A stretch of 64,000 nucleotides of DNA, taken from the NCBI GenBank assembly GCA_019694515.1, contig JAIBBU010000001.1:235716-299715 (forward strand), given 5' to 3'. The position numbers and the translations under genes were made by a program. Positions 55,683-64,000 of the stretch are shown in pieces. The first letter of the stretch is position 1. The number at the start of each line of letters is the position of its first letter. The notes below the pieces were generated by a model. It ran no database searches, was not told where the DNA came from, and saw only the letters and a list, made by a program, of their open reading frames with translations. The stretch is from Oligoflexia bacterium. Lineage in GTDB: Bacteria; Bdellovibrionota_C; UBA2361; JBGSMV01.

Positions 55683-56363
55683 TCAAGCGCTAATAAGATT
55701 ATGCTTGATCGCGTATTTAATTAAGCTTCCGGTGGAGCTTAGCCCCAGCTTCTTTATGATGCGCGCGCGGTGAGTTTCGACCGTGCGGGGACTGATGAAA
55801 AGTTTCTGGGCTACGTCCCGGTTGGGCGAGCCCTCAACCAGCATGAAAAAAATCTGACGTTCCCTGGTACTGAGGGCCGCCAGAGGGTCGTTCGGATTAC
55901 GTCTGGACCGACGAGTGCCATCGCCGCCATTCTTAAGCTCGCCGGCCAGATATAGGTACTGTTCCGGCAAACACAGCTCGCCTTTTTCAATAGCAGCTAA
56001 CCCCGCTAAGATCTTTTCCGGAGAGGAGCTCTTGAGCAGATATCCCACAGCTCCACCCATGAGAGCCTGCTTAATGCGCTGCTCATCGTCATACATCGAA
56101 AGAACCATAACTTTGGTCGGTAATTCTCTCTTTCCAATTTCGTATAACGCCTCCAAACCATTTTTCCCAGGAAGGCCAAGATCTAATATCAAGACCCATG
56201 GCTTTAGCCGTTCTACCAGCTCCAGGGCTTTGTCGGCGTTGTCGGCCTCTCCTAAAATCTTATAGCGACCCTCGTGCTCCAGTACCTTCCGGACCGCATA
56301 GCGCAGGATGTCATGATCGTCTGCAATAATTACTGTTCTTTCGTCGGTTGCGCTTGGAGCCAT
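55683..56363 (-). CDS. response regulator, NarL/FixJ (LuxR-type HTH) family
   Basis: Receiver domain with phospho-acceptor Asp (WVLILDLGLPGKNG). C-terminal LuxR HTH (LSTRERQIFFMLVEGSPNRDVAQKLFISPRTVETHRARIIKKLG). No kinase gene is adjacent. Confidence 0.85.
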   Translation of the reverse strand: MAPSATDERTVIIADDHDILRYAVRKVLEHEGRYKILGEADNADKALELVERLKPWVLILDLGLPGKNGLEALYEIGKRELPTKVMVLSMYDDEQRIKQALMGGAVGYLLKSSSPEKILAGLAAIEKGELCLPEQYLYLAGELKNGGDGTRRSRRNPNDPLAALSTRERQIFFMLVEGSPNRDVAQKLFISPRTVETHRARIIKKLGLSSTGSLIKYAIKHNLISA

Positions 56364-56723
56364 ATATCTTGTGTCACCTCGTAGCCGCCCTGGGCTTTAT
56401 GTGTGCCGTGCGGGGCGTGCCAAATAGCCTCTTTAGGCTAACCCCTCATGTTTTTGCGATTCGTTTTAAAAATCAAGATAATTGATAAAAATATAACGCT
56501 CCAGGATGATGTAGATGAAGGTGCTGGAGTTATTCTCCTTATAAGGACCCTTATTACCTCGACCGATCCAATACTTGACCCGTCCGCCCGCGCTGCACCG
56601 CTGGGGGCGCGGCACTATGAGCGCAAACATCGTTCATCCTCCGATCCCAGCAATGCGCTGAATGGCGGCGAGTTCCTACGCCTCTTTCCGCTCACTTCAC
56701 CCGGCGCAAGCCGCAGTTCCATC

Positions 56724-58517
56724 ATGAAGCTCTTGGAGCTTGAAGCGGCAGTCCGGACGTTGCTTGAGCAGTCCCGCATGCAGCAGTGTGCAAACTGTGG
56801 GGCGGTATTGGAGGCCGGGTATTCAGTTAGCGCGGCATTGGCAGCTGCCAAGCCCAAGGCTGAAGGAGTGCTTTGCTGCACAGCCCGTCCTGATGATTTT
56901 ATGGCATCCCGGGAAGATCAGCCCAGCGAGCTAGGGCCCAGACTGCTGCATGTGGCCCGTTATATCGTCGGCGGCCGATTTTCAGGGGATCCCAGTTTTG
57001 AAGGCGGCGAGGATGCGGTTGAGGCTTTGGTTCTGGAAAGCTACCAGCTCCCGTTGAGCGCCGCTGATCTGGAGAGGCTGAGCGAGTTATGGCGTAGGGC
57101 TGTAGCGCAGGGACTTAAGCGGCTTGGTTTATATCATTACTCGGCTGAAAGCCGAACGCTGACGCTGGCCGGGGAGTTTGATTTAGTTTCGAGGTGTAAG
57201 AGCTGTGATTATATCGCGCCCCGTTTGTGCGCAGCTCCGCAGCCCCGGATTGAGGCCTCAGTTAATGCGGAGCAGCTCTGCCGATTGTTGCAGAAAGAGA
57301 ACAATCGCTCCCTGGTTCGGAGCCAAGATTCGGAGGTATTGGAGGCTCTGCGTGCGGCTGGGCTTGGCAGAGTGGCATTGGGGATCAGCTCGGAAAATCT
57401 GTCCACCGTAGAGCAGCTGAAATTGCGTATGTTGCTCCTGAAATTAGCCCGTCCATCTCAGCTAGTGTTGAGCGTTTGCGGCCTTGAAGGATTGATCCAT
57501 CCCTCCGAGCGTCGGATATTTTCAGAATTCGCGAATTCGATGGAGCGGAGCGGAAATCGCACCCAGCTAGATATCGACTGGGAGCGATCGAATAATACTG
57601 CAGCAGTTTCGGATGCCGCGCTCCGTGCTCCTAGAATCGCATTGGAGCAGATTGAATGCGGTCCGATTAAAGCCGGCCAAATTACGGTGCCATGTGCGGC
57701 ATTAAGCGTGCTGCGTGGGCCATCCGGGTCCGGTAAGACAACAATTCTGAGTGAGGTGTTGCAAGAGGCCTTCAGAAAGCGGCGCATTTCGAGCTTGAAG
57801 TGCCGCATTTCCGAGGGCAGTGTTGAACCGCGTCATTTTAAACAGCTTCATTACTCTCCCTTCGCGATAGATTTTTACAGCATCGTGGGGAGGAACTTAG
57901 GGCTGCAACAAGAGCTGGTTGATTTCCTGGTGACCCTGCCGGCAGCTAAATTGCTTGGTTTGCATCGCAAGGATTTAGAGTTGGAGCGTAGTCGATTTTC
58001 TTGTCCTCTTTGCCGGGGGAGCGGGCGTGCCCAAGGTTTTTCGTTGGCGGAGGAAGGTCGGTGCGAAGGGTGTGACGGCGCACGTTTCGAACCGGAGGTG
58101 GCAGGGCTCCAATATTCCGGACTTAGCTACCGGGAGATTTTAGATTTGAATCTGCGTGATTTCAGCGCGCGTTTTGAGGCGCTGCTCAAATTGCAGGATT
58201 TGGGTGAGCAGATAGAGCGGCTGAGCCTAGGCCAGGTTTCATATGGGCAGCAGTGTGGCAGTCTGAGCATGGAGCAGTTTCAGAAGCTAAGATTGCTATC
58301 TTGTTATTACTCGATCGTTGTAAGCCCAAGGGCGCGCACTCCGGCATTGCTGCTTCTTGATTATCCCTTAGTCGGATTAGCCGCTGCTTCGCGCAAAATC
58401 TGTTTTGATTTGCTAAGGAAGCTTGCTGATCTTGGTCATACGGTTGTGCTCACTGATAATGGCGAGTCGGCGCCTTCGGGAAAAGTTGATCACCTAATCG
58501 AGCTCGGAGTATCATAA
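56724..58517 (+). CDS. UvrA-like protein, N-terminally truncated relative to UvrA, with degenerate ABC catalytic motifs
   Basis: C-terminal half matches the second UvrA nucleotide-binding module: Walker A LRGPSGSGKTT, Zn-finger-like SRFSCPLCRGSGRA...CEGCDGARF, and the UvrA-typical YSGLSYREILDL block. The signature is degenerate (CGSLSMEQ in place of LSGGE), Walker B is LLLLDYP (Glu lost), and the H-loop region is TDNG. The N-terminal part matches the UvrA signature-I region (LSTVEQLKLRMLL) but has no first Walker A. Start set at MKLLELE (56724). Confidence 0.55.
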   Translation: MKLLELEAAVRTLLEQSRMQQCANCGAVLEAGYSVSAALAAAKPKAEGVLCCTARPDDFMASREDQPSELGPRLLHVARYIVGGRFSGDPSFEGGEDAVEALVLESYQLPLSAADLERLSELWRRAVAQGLKRLGLYHYSAESRTLTLAGEFDLVSRCKSCDYIAPRLCAAPQPRIEASVNAEQLCRLLQKENNRSLVRSQDSEVLEALRAAGLGRVALGISSENLSTVEQLKLRMLLLKLARPSQLVLSVCGLEGLIHPSERRIFSEFANSMERSGNRTQLDIDWERSNNTAAVSDAALRAPRIALEQIECGPIKAGQITVPCAALSVLRGPSGSGKTTILSEVLQEAFRKRRISSLKCRISEGSVEPRHFKQLHYSPFAIDFYSIVGRNLGLQQELVDFLVTLPAAKLLGLHRKDLELERSRFSCPLCRGSGRAQGFSLAEEGRCEGCDGARFEPEVAGLQYSGLSYREILDLNLRDFSARFEALLKLQDLGEQIERLSLGQVSYGQQCGSLSMEQFQKLRLLSCYYSIVVSPRARTPALLLLDYPLVGLAAASRKICFDLLRKLADLGHTVVLTDNGESAPSGKVDHLIELGVS

Positions 58518-58520
58518 GGC

Positions 58521-59285
58521 ATGGTCAAGCCTCGTCTTCAAAAGATTGAATTTCGGCAACGCCTCTACCGCAGACGCTATCTCGTTCCAAATGCGGTCAC
58601 GTTGGCCAATATGTTTTGCGGATTCTTGACCTGCATCTACGCCGCCTCCGGGCGATTCGAGAAGGCGGTCATCGCGATCGGATTGGCAATTCTATTGGAT
58701 GGTTTAGACGGCCGGGTCGCCCGTCGTCTCAATGCTACTTCGCGCTTTGGTGTAGAGTTTGATTCCTTTTCGGATTTGGTCTCATTCGGGGTCGCCCCCG
58801 CCGTGTTGATGTACCACTGGTGCTTCAAGGCCCAGGCCGATGAATTCGGAGTGCTGGTAACTTTCATTTACCTGCTGTGCGCGGCCAGCCGTCTGGCGCG
58901 CTTCAATATATCCGACCCCAATCTGAAATCTTTCACCGGTCTCCCCACTCCCGGCGCTGCTGCGGCTGTGGTGGTCGCGGTCAATTTTGCCCCGGCCTTA
59001 TCCCCCTCGTTCTGGGTGACGACGATTGGAGCGCTTTTGGCACTTTCACTCGCCTATCTGATGGTCTCCAGAATTGAATATCTGAGTGTAAAGACGCTCA
59101 GAATTTCTGGTATGAATCTTTGGCTGCGGGTGGGGATTGGTTCGTTAATCGCACTGATCTGGTACAACAATCAGTTTGGGCTTTTGTTGCTTGGTTACGG
59201 GTACGCTTTCAGTGGCCCGCTCGTAGCTTGCTATCGAAAGTTGTTCCCGAAGCGCGACCTGATGGCAAAGGTTGATGTGGCTTAG
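58521..59285 (+). CDS. pssA: CDP-diacylglycerol--serine O-phosphatidyltransferase (CDP-alcohol phosphatidyltransferase family)
   Basis: CDP-OH_P_transf motif DGLDGRVARRLNATSRFGVEFDSFSDLVSFGVAPA. About 7 TM helices. 254 aa. Confidence 0.85.
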   Translation: MVKPRLQKIEFRQRLYRRRYLVPNAVTLANMFCGFLTCIYAASGRFEKAVIAIGLAILLDGLDGRVARRLNATSRFGVEFDSFSDLVSFGVAPAVLMYHWCFKAQADEFGVLVTFIYLLCAASRLARFNISDPNLKSFTGLPTPGAAAAVVVAVNFAPALSPSFWVTTIGALLALSLAYLMVSRIEYLSVKTLRISGMNLWLRVGIGSLIALIWYNNQFGLLLLGYGYAFSGPLVACYRKLFPKRDLMAKVDVA

Positions 59286-59920
59286 GCTGCTAGTTGCAGC
59301 GTGTAGATGTCGATCGGCAATACATTCAACCAAACGCGCTCTCTAGCAATGCGATGCTCGTTCAGCATCTTCTTAAGAAATAGATCTAGTTCCTGAATGC
59401 GGCGTTTGCGTTCCGGTAAGGAAGCCAAAAGCCCGATATTTCTAAGTCCAATGTACTCGAAATAGGTCATTAAGGTCTTATCATTACTTAAGCGCCGCAG
59501 TTTTTCGAATATCTCCTCTACCATCGGCCGCTCAAGGTTGAGGAATGGAATAGCGCAAATAATGGCGTCGAAAGTGCGCTCTTCGGGCAGATCCTGAACT
59601 GCGCCCTCAAAAAAAGTCACGCGTTCCTTATGCCTCTGGTAATCGGCATTCTTGCTCAGTTTTTCCTTCAAAGCCTTCATGAAGCGCGGATTAATCTCAC
59701 AGACTGTCAGGGAATCTCGGTCATCCATATGTTTAAGAATATGAACTGTGACCGGACCGGAGCCGGGGCCCGCTTCGAGAATGTTTAAGGGCTCGCGCTC
59801 TTTGGCCAGCACCGGCTTGGCAAGCGCCTTAGCAGCCCATTTCGAGCTGGGGAAGAACGTCCCGGTGGATTTGAACTCGGTGATGAACTCTCTTAAAAAA
59901 ACCAAGTTATCTTTAATCAT
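59282..59920 (-). CDS. class I SAM-dependent methyltransferase (possibly phospholipid N-methyltransferase PmtA-like)
   Basis: SAM-binding motif I (ILEAGPGSGPVT). N-terminal FLREFITEFKSTGTFFPSSKWAAKAL resembles the rRNA-MTase-like PmtA family. Convergent with pssA, overlapping it by 4 nt. Confidence 0.6.
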   Translation of the reverse strand: MIKDNLVFLREFITEFKSTGTFFPSSKWAAKALAKPVLAKEREPLNILEAGPGSGPVTVHILKHMDDRDSLTVCEINPRFMKALKEKLSKNADYQRHKERVTFFEGAVQDLPEERTFDAIICAIPFLNLERPMVEEIFEKLRRLSNDKTLMTYFEYIGLRNIGLLASLPERKRRIQELDLFLKKMLNEHRIARERVWLNVLPIDIYTLQLAA

Positions 59921-60110
59921 ATCAAGACATTAAACTTGACGGCCGATTCTCTCAATCCGCGCTGATATGCGGAAAACGCCCGGCGCAGCATCCCGAAAAT
60001 ATTTTTGGGAATCGCTGCGGCGTCCGATCGGCTATCGTCATCTCCTAGGGGGCCAGTTTACACCTGGCCGCGCTTAAGGGAAGCACCCGATACCGGATTT
60101 CCTCGGTTTA

Positions 60111-61733
60111 GTGGAGAGAGTGGTTTTTATGGAAGCTTTGAGTCTGTGGGAAAGATTTAAGAGTTACTACTGCGAAGATCCTAAGAGTGGTTTCGCCATC
60201 GATATCAGCCGTGTGGGCTTCGAAAACAATTTCTTTTCGGCGCATCAAGAGCTGTTTGAGCGGGCCTTGGATCAAGTCTCACAGCTCGAACAGGGGGCCA
60301 TAGCGAACCCTGACGAGGGCCGGCAGGTAGGGCACTATTGGTTGAGAGACTCCAGACTAGCGCCCAAAACTGAATTCCGCGCTCAAATAGACGCCGCGAT
60401 ATCAGCGGCTAAGGCGTTTGCCGAAGGTGTGCACACCGGGCGTATTGCAGCACTGCAGGGCGGACGTTTTGAGTACATGCTGGTCGTGGGGATCGGCGGC
60501 TCCGCGCTCGGACCGCAGTTCGTGCACAACGCTTTAACCTCAGAGCGCGATCGGGTCGCGCCCTTCTTCTTTGACAATACCGATCCCGATGGCATGGATA
60601 AGACGCTAAGTGCTATTCCGGACCTCGCTAAGACACTTGTGATCATTATCTCTAAATCGGGAGGTACTAAAGAAACTCGCAATGGTCAGCTGATTGCAAA
60701 GCGCGCCTTTGCTAAAGCGGGGTTGGATTTTTCCAGAGCTTTCGTGGCGGTGACCTGCGAAGGCAGCGAACTCGATAAGTGTGCGATCGCTGAAAAATGG
60801 TTGGCACGCTTTCCGATGTGGGATTGGATCGGCGGGCGCACTAGTGAGCTAAGCGTCGTCGGTCTGCTGCCTGCGGCGCTGCAGGGATTCGACATCGATT
60901 TAATGTTGCAAGGTGCGCGGGAGATGGATGTTCTGACGCGCAGGCGTGAGGTCCCCCAAAATCCGGCCTTGCTGCTCGCGGCTGCTTGGTTCAAGGCCTC
61001 TTCCGGGAAGGGCGTTAAAGATATGGTGGTGCTGCCATATAAAGATCGTTTAGAGCTCTTTAGTCGCTACCTCCAGCAGCTGGTGATGGAAAGTTTGGGG
61101 AAGGAGAGAGATTTGAGCGGTGCCGTCGTGAATCAGGGATTAGCGGTTTATGGCAACAAAGGCTCCACCGATCAACACGCATACGTTCAGCAGCTGCGCG
61201 ATGGAGTTAACAATTTCTTCGCGGTATTCATCGAAGTGCTGCGAGATCCGTCGTCGAAGATTTCTGCGGCTGGTGAATATATCCATACCGAGCAGGTAGA
61301 GCCGGGCGCGCGCTGCGGAGATTATCTGTATGGTTTCCTCGAGGGGACCCGCAAAGCGCTTTATGATAGCGGCCGCGAAAGCGTCAGTTTGTGCGTACGC
61401 GAGGTGTCCGAGTATAGCATCGGGCAGCTGATCGCGCTTTTTGAGCGCGCGGTGAGTTTTTACGCGTCATTCGTAAATATTAATGCCTACCACCAGCCCG
61501 GCGTTGAAGCCGGCAAGAAGGCGGCTGCTCAAGTGTTGGATCTGCAGCAAAAGGTTGAAAAATTCATGCGGTCCCAAAGCGCTGCTTTGACGCTCGAAGA
61601 GATTGCAGCAGGTACTGGTCTTGATTCACAGGTCGAGACCATTTTTAGACTGCTGCGGAGGTATAGCGCCAATGGACGGGCCGAAATGGTTGCGGGCGCC
61701 GGCCCCTTCGGGCGGAAATACAGACTGATTTAA
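60111..61733 (+). CDS. pgi: glucose-6-phosphate isomerase
   Basis: 540 aa. PGI motifs ([14 protein letters not shown] ; [10 protein letters not shown] ; [14 protein letters not shown]). An alternative start is the Met at 60129. Confidence 0.9.
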   Translation: MERVVFMEALSLWERFKSYYCEDPKSGFAIDISRVGFENNFFSAHQELFERALDQVSQLEQGAIANPDEGRQVGHYWLRDSRLAPKTEFRAQIDAAISAAKAFAEGVHTGRIAALQGGRFEYMLVVGIGGSALGPQFVHNALTSERDRVAPFFFDNTDPDGMDKTLSAIPDLAKTLVIIISKSGGTKETRNGQLIAKRAFAKAGLDFSRAFVAVTCEGSELDKCAIAEKWLARFPMWDWIGGRTSELSVVGLLPAALQGFDIDLMLQGAREMDVLTRRREVPQNPALLLAAAWFKASSGKGVKDMVVLPYKDRLELFSRYLQQLVMESLGKERDLSGAVVNQGLAVYGNKGSTDQHAYVQQLRDGVNNFFAVFIEVLRDPSSKISAAGEYIHTEQVEPGARCGDYLYGFLEGTRKALYDSGRESVSLCVREVSEYSIGQLIALFERAVSFYASFVNINAYHQPGVEAGKKAAAQVLDLQQKVEKFMRSQSAALTLEEIAAGTGLDSQVETIFRLLRRYSANGRAEMVAGAGPFGRKYRLI

Positions 61734-61807
61734 ACATACGGTGTGACTTCGTCAGGTGCTGCGGCGAATGAGTCGACGGCGAGTCGATTCAGTGCTTGGA
61801 GTTGAAG

Positions 61808-61884
61808 TGGCGTGCCCGACGGGATTCGAACCTGTGACCTCGAGCTTCGGAGGCTCGCGCTCTATCCAGCTGAGCTACGGGCAC
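61808..61884 (-). tRNA. tRNA-Arg (anticodon CCG)
   Basis: Reverse-complement reads GTGCCCGTAGCTCAGCTGGATAGAGCGCGAGCCTCCGAAGCTCGAGGTCACAGGTTCGAATCCCGTCGGGCACGCCA. It folds as a cloverleaf. Anticodon stem CGAGC/GCTCG with loop CTCCGAA gives anticodon CCG. CCA is encoded. One A·C mismatch in the T-stem. Confidence 0.85.
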
Positions 61885-62366
61885 GCAGATGGAGCAAAAA
61901 GACGGGGATTAACATACATCGTCCAAGGGAACTAAGTCGAGTCAGGCATTAAGTTGATTTTATTGGTCTCTCTCCATTCTGTGCCGGGTGCGTATAGGCA
62001 GGTACTTCGTCCCCCAAGCACGTAACATCTCTAAGGGCCACCACAGCGACCAGTCCGCGCTAGCCGCGGTGAATACGGAAGTGGTCTCCAACGTTAGGGC
62101 GCAGCAGGCGCCAATCGCGCTTTTCGAGAGGGAGATCCTGTGATCCTCTAAGACGCGCAGTCGCGACGCACTGCGAGGGATTCGTGCTGTGTTTAGATCT
62201 AAGCTTGCAAGAGTAGGGTACTATTCTTCCTCCTCCCGTTTTTAGCCCGTTCGAGCGTTCAGCAAATTCAAATAGTTATCAGCTTTTGCCAATTCGGTAT
62301 CAATCTTGCTCCAGTTTCTCAATTAGCAGCGCTTTAAAGCCGATCTACTCCGAAGGAAAAAATCTA

Positions 62367-63983
62367 ATGAGCCGGGAAGCTCGAGCCATTCGTAAAATCG
62401 CCATTTTGTGTGCATTCTGGTGGTCCTTCTGTAACGCGGCCCAGGCGCAGCTGCGTGAAAATCTATTTCCTCCGCTCGATGGCTGGACTCATGGCGCGTC
62501 CTTCAATAGCGGCGACTCGCCTGAACTGCATGGCGTACTGATTGACGGCAAAGCTCCCCTCTATACGTCGCCAGTAGTGGCAGAAATCGACGGCAATGTG
62601 AGTAACGGGCTGGAGGTTAGTGTCGTCGGGTCTGATGCAGAGTTGCATGTGCTTTCAAGTTCCGGACAGGTATTATGGGAAACTCAGCTCCCGATCGGCA
62701 ACTGCGGCGGCAGCAGCAATCGTTCAGGTTCATCGCCTGCAGTGGGAACGATTCTTGGCGATGGGGTTCCCTATGTTGTTGTGGGCTACGGCGGAGTCGG
62801 CCAATCGCAATGTGACGGCGGAGTCGCCGCTTATCGTGGCAGTGATGGAGCGCTCCTCTGGAATTTTAGCCTCAAGAAGTTTCATCGTCAGCGTCATATT
62901 GGAGAAAAGTTTAGCGCTGTTTGGAGCACGCCGGCTCTGAGCGACACTGATGGCGACGGACGTATGGAGATCGGCTTTGGAAGCTTCGATCGCAATGTCT
63001 ATCTATTAAACGGCGATGGATCAGTTCGATGGTACTATCACGCGGCGGATACAGTTTGGTCGTCGGCGGCGTTTGCAGATATCAACGCCGACGGTAGAAA
63101 AGAGCTGATTATCGGCACTGATATTTCGGCGAACAAGTATTTGAGGCCCCCAACCCAAAACGGCGGGTATGTGTACGCGTTAGATACCAAGGCCCGTCGC
63201 TCGAAGGAAATTGGATTTCGCGCCGAGTATATCTGGATGACTGCTTTCGACCAGGTTATGTGGTCGCCGCCCGTGGTCGCCGATGTGCTGCCGGACGTGG
63301 CCGGACCTGAAGTCATCGTGGCGTCAGGATACTACTTTTCGCCTAAAACCAAGGGACAATGGATAAAGATCTTGAATGGCAAAACAGGGGCGCTACTCCG
63401 CACTCTCAATGCACCCTCGGCTTCCGCCGGCTCTGTTGCGGTGGGCGATGTGAATGGGGATGGATTGTTAGATATCGTGGCAGCGGTTAGCGGAGCGGGG
63501 CGATACGGCGGTGCGGGAAAAGGCGTGGTAATGGCCTGGAGTCCTGCGCTTGGCACCGCCCCAATTTGGGCCGTTTACCCGTTGGAGCGCGGTAATTCCC
63601 CAACTTTCATGTTTCACTCGCCAATTATAGCGGATCTCGACGGCAATGGCTCGCTCGAGGTGGCGGTCGACAGCGGCGCAAGCGTAGTGGTGCTGCAGGG
63701 CGAGGATGGAGCGCAGTTGACCTGCACCGATGAGAGCTGTGAAGACGGAACAAAATCGCTATTCGCTTTCGGAAGTTTGGGGGCCGCACCCGTGGCTGCT
63801 GATATTAATCGAGATGGAATTCTTGACCTAGTTGCGGCCAGTGCACATCGGGGTACCAAGAAGGGAACGGTAAAGGTTTGGAGCGGCCTCTCCGACTTAA
63901 ATTCAGAACCGGGGCCGCATAGCGCCTTTAGTGCGCCCTGGCCAATGGCACGCGGAAACGCTGCGCGCAGCGGAACGCCTTAA
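62367..63983 (+). CDS. secreted FG-GAP/VCBS-repeat beta-propeller protein
   Basis: Signal peptide (AILCAFWWSFCNAAQAQ). At least five Ca-binding FG-GAP-like repeats (DTDGDGRMEIGFGS; ADINADGRKELIIG; GDVNGDGLLDIVAA; ADLDGNGSLEVAV; ADINRDGILDLVAA). Start set at the Met at 62367 with a GGAAAAAA RBS. Confidence 0.7.
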   Translation: MSREARAIRKIAILCAFWWSFCNAAQAQLRENLFPPLDGWTHGASFNSGDSPELHGVLIDGKAPLYTSPVVAEIDGNVSNGLEVSVVGSDAELHVLSSSGQVLWETQLPIGNCGGSSNRSGSSPAVGTILGDGVPYVVVGYGGVGQSQCDGGVAAYRGSDGALLWNFSLKKFHRQRHIGEKFSAVWSTPALSDTDGDGRMEIGFGSFDRNVYLLNGDGSVRWYYHAADTVWSSAAFADINADGRKELIIGTDISANKYLRPPTQNGGYVYALDTKARRSKEIGFRAEYIWMTAFDQVMWSPPVVADVLPDVAGPEVIVASGYYFSPKTKGQWIKILNGKTGALLRTLNAPSASAGSVAVGDVNGDGLLDIVAAVSGAGRYGGAGKGVVMAWSPALGTAPIWAVYPLERGNSPTFMFHSPIIADLDGNGSLEVAVDSGASVVVLQGEDGAQLTCTDESCEDGTKSLFAFGSLGAAPVAADINRDGILDLVAASAHRGTKKGTVKVWSGLSDLNSEPGPHSAFSAPWPMARGNAARSGTP

Positions 63984-64000
63984 GCTCAGAACTTCTGTAT

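Noticed and set aside
56448-56723. 92-aa N-terminal extension of the UvrA-like ORF
   Set aside because: It is AT-rich at 56448-56520, where the sequence looks like a promoter, and has a low-complexity translation. Homology to UvrA begins at MKLLELEAAV (56724).
1-64000. CRISPR arrays, IS elements, integrases, phage modules
   Set aside because: I scanned for regularly spaced direct repeats and for transposase or integrase-like ORFs, including next to the tRNA-Arg, and found none. The only repeat arrays are the irregular TCCGA heptamers at 23837-23970 and protein-coding tandem repeats.

Overview
This is a 64 kb stretch of chromosomal backbone from a moderately GC-rich Gram-negative bacterium; the lineage cannot be named from the sequence alone. 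Housekeeping genes are spread across the whole window, so it is core genome rather than a mobile island. They are tkt, GTP-type pckG, folP, folK, rpiA, an aspA/fumC-family lyase, infC, murI, rfbA, pgi, pssA and a tRNA-Arg(CCG).

Between them are envelope, transport and signalling genes:
- an ABC-ATPase with a HlyD-family adaptor;
- a methyl-accepting chemotaxis protein (MCP) next to an OprB-like porin;
- three orphan TadE/TadG-like pseudopilin genes;
- a VKOR-DsbA fusion;
- a prokaryotic iGluR-like gene (periplasmic binding domain split around a channel);
- a tandem Lrp/AsnC regulator;
- a cNMP-binding/DUF1003 protein;
- an HDOD-Skp-SseB block;
- a B12-riboswitch-controlled TonB receptor + BtuF/ATPase/FecCD permease operon;
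- a MoxR/TPR/transglutaminase/DUF58 operon;
- a LuxR-type response regulator.

There are many lineage-specific secreted or hypothetical proteins.

I found no CRISPR array, transposase, integrase or phage genes.

The most unusual items are:
- a UvrA-derived protein that has lost its N-terminal nucleotide-binding module and has degenerate catalytic motifs;
- an iGluR-like channel with a non-canonical SGGPGD selectivity filter;
- a 595-aa protein built from novel ~35-40-aa tandem repeats;
- an intergenic array of TCCGA-containing heptamer repeats;
- an orphan rho-independent terminator on the minus strand with no gene in front of it.

No single large novel multi-gene system is evident; the candidates are scattered.

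The supplied ORF track appears to print M for non-ATG starts (infC starts on TTG). I adjusted several start sites to internal Mets or homology-consistent starts.
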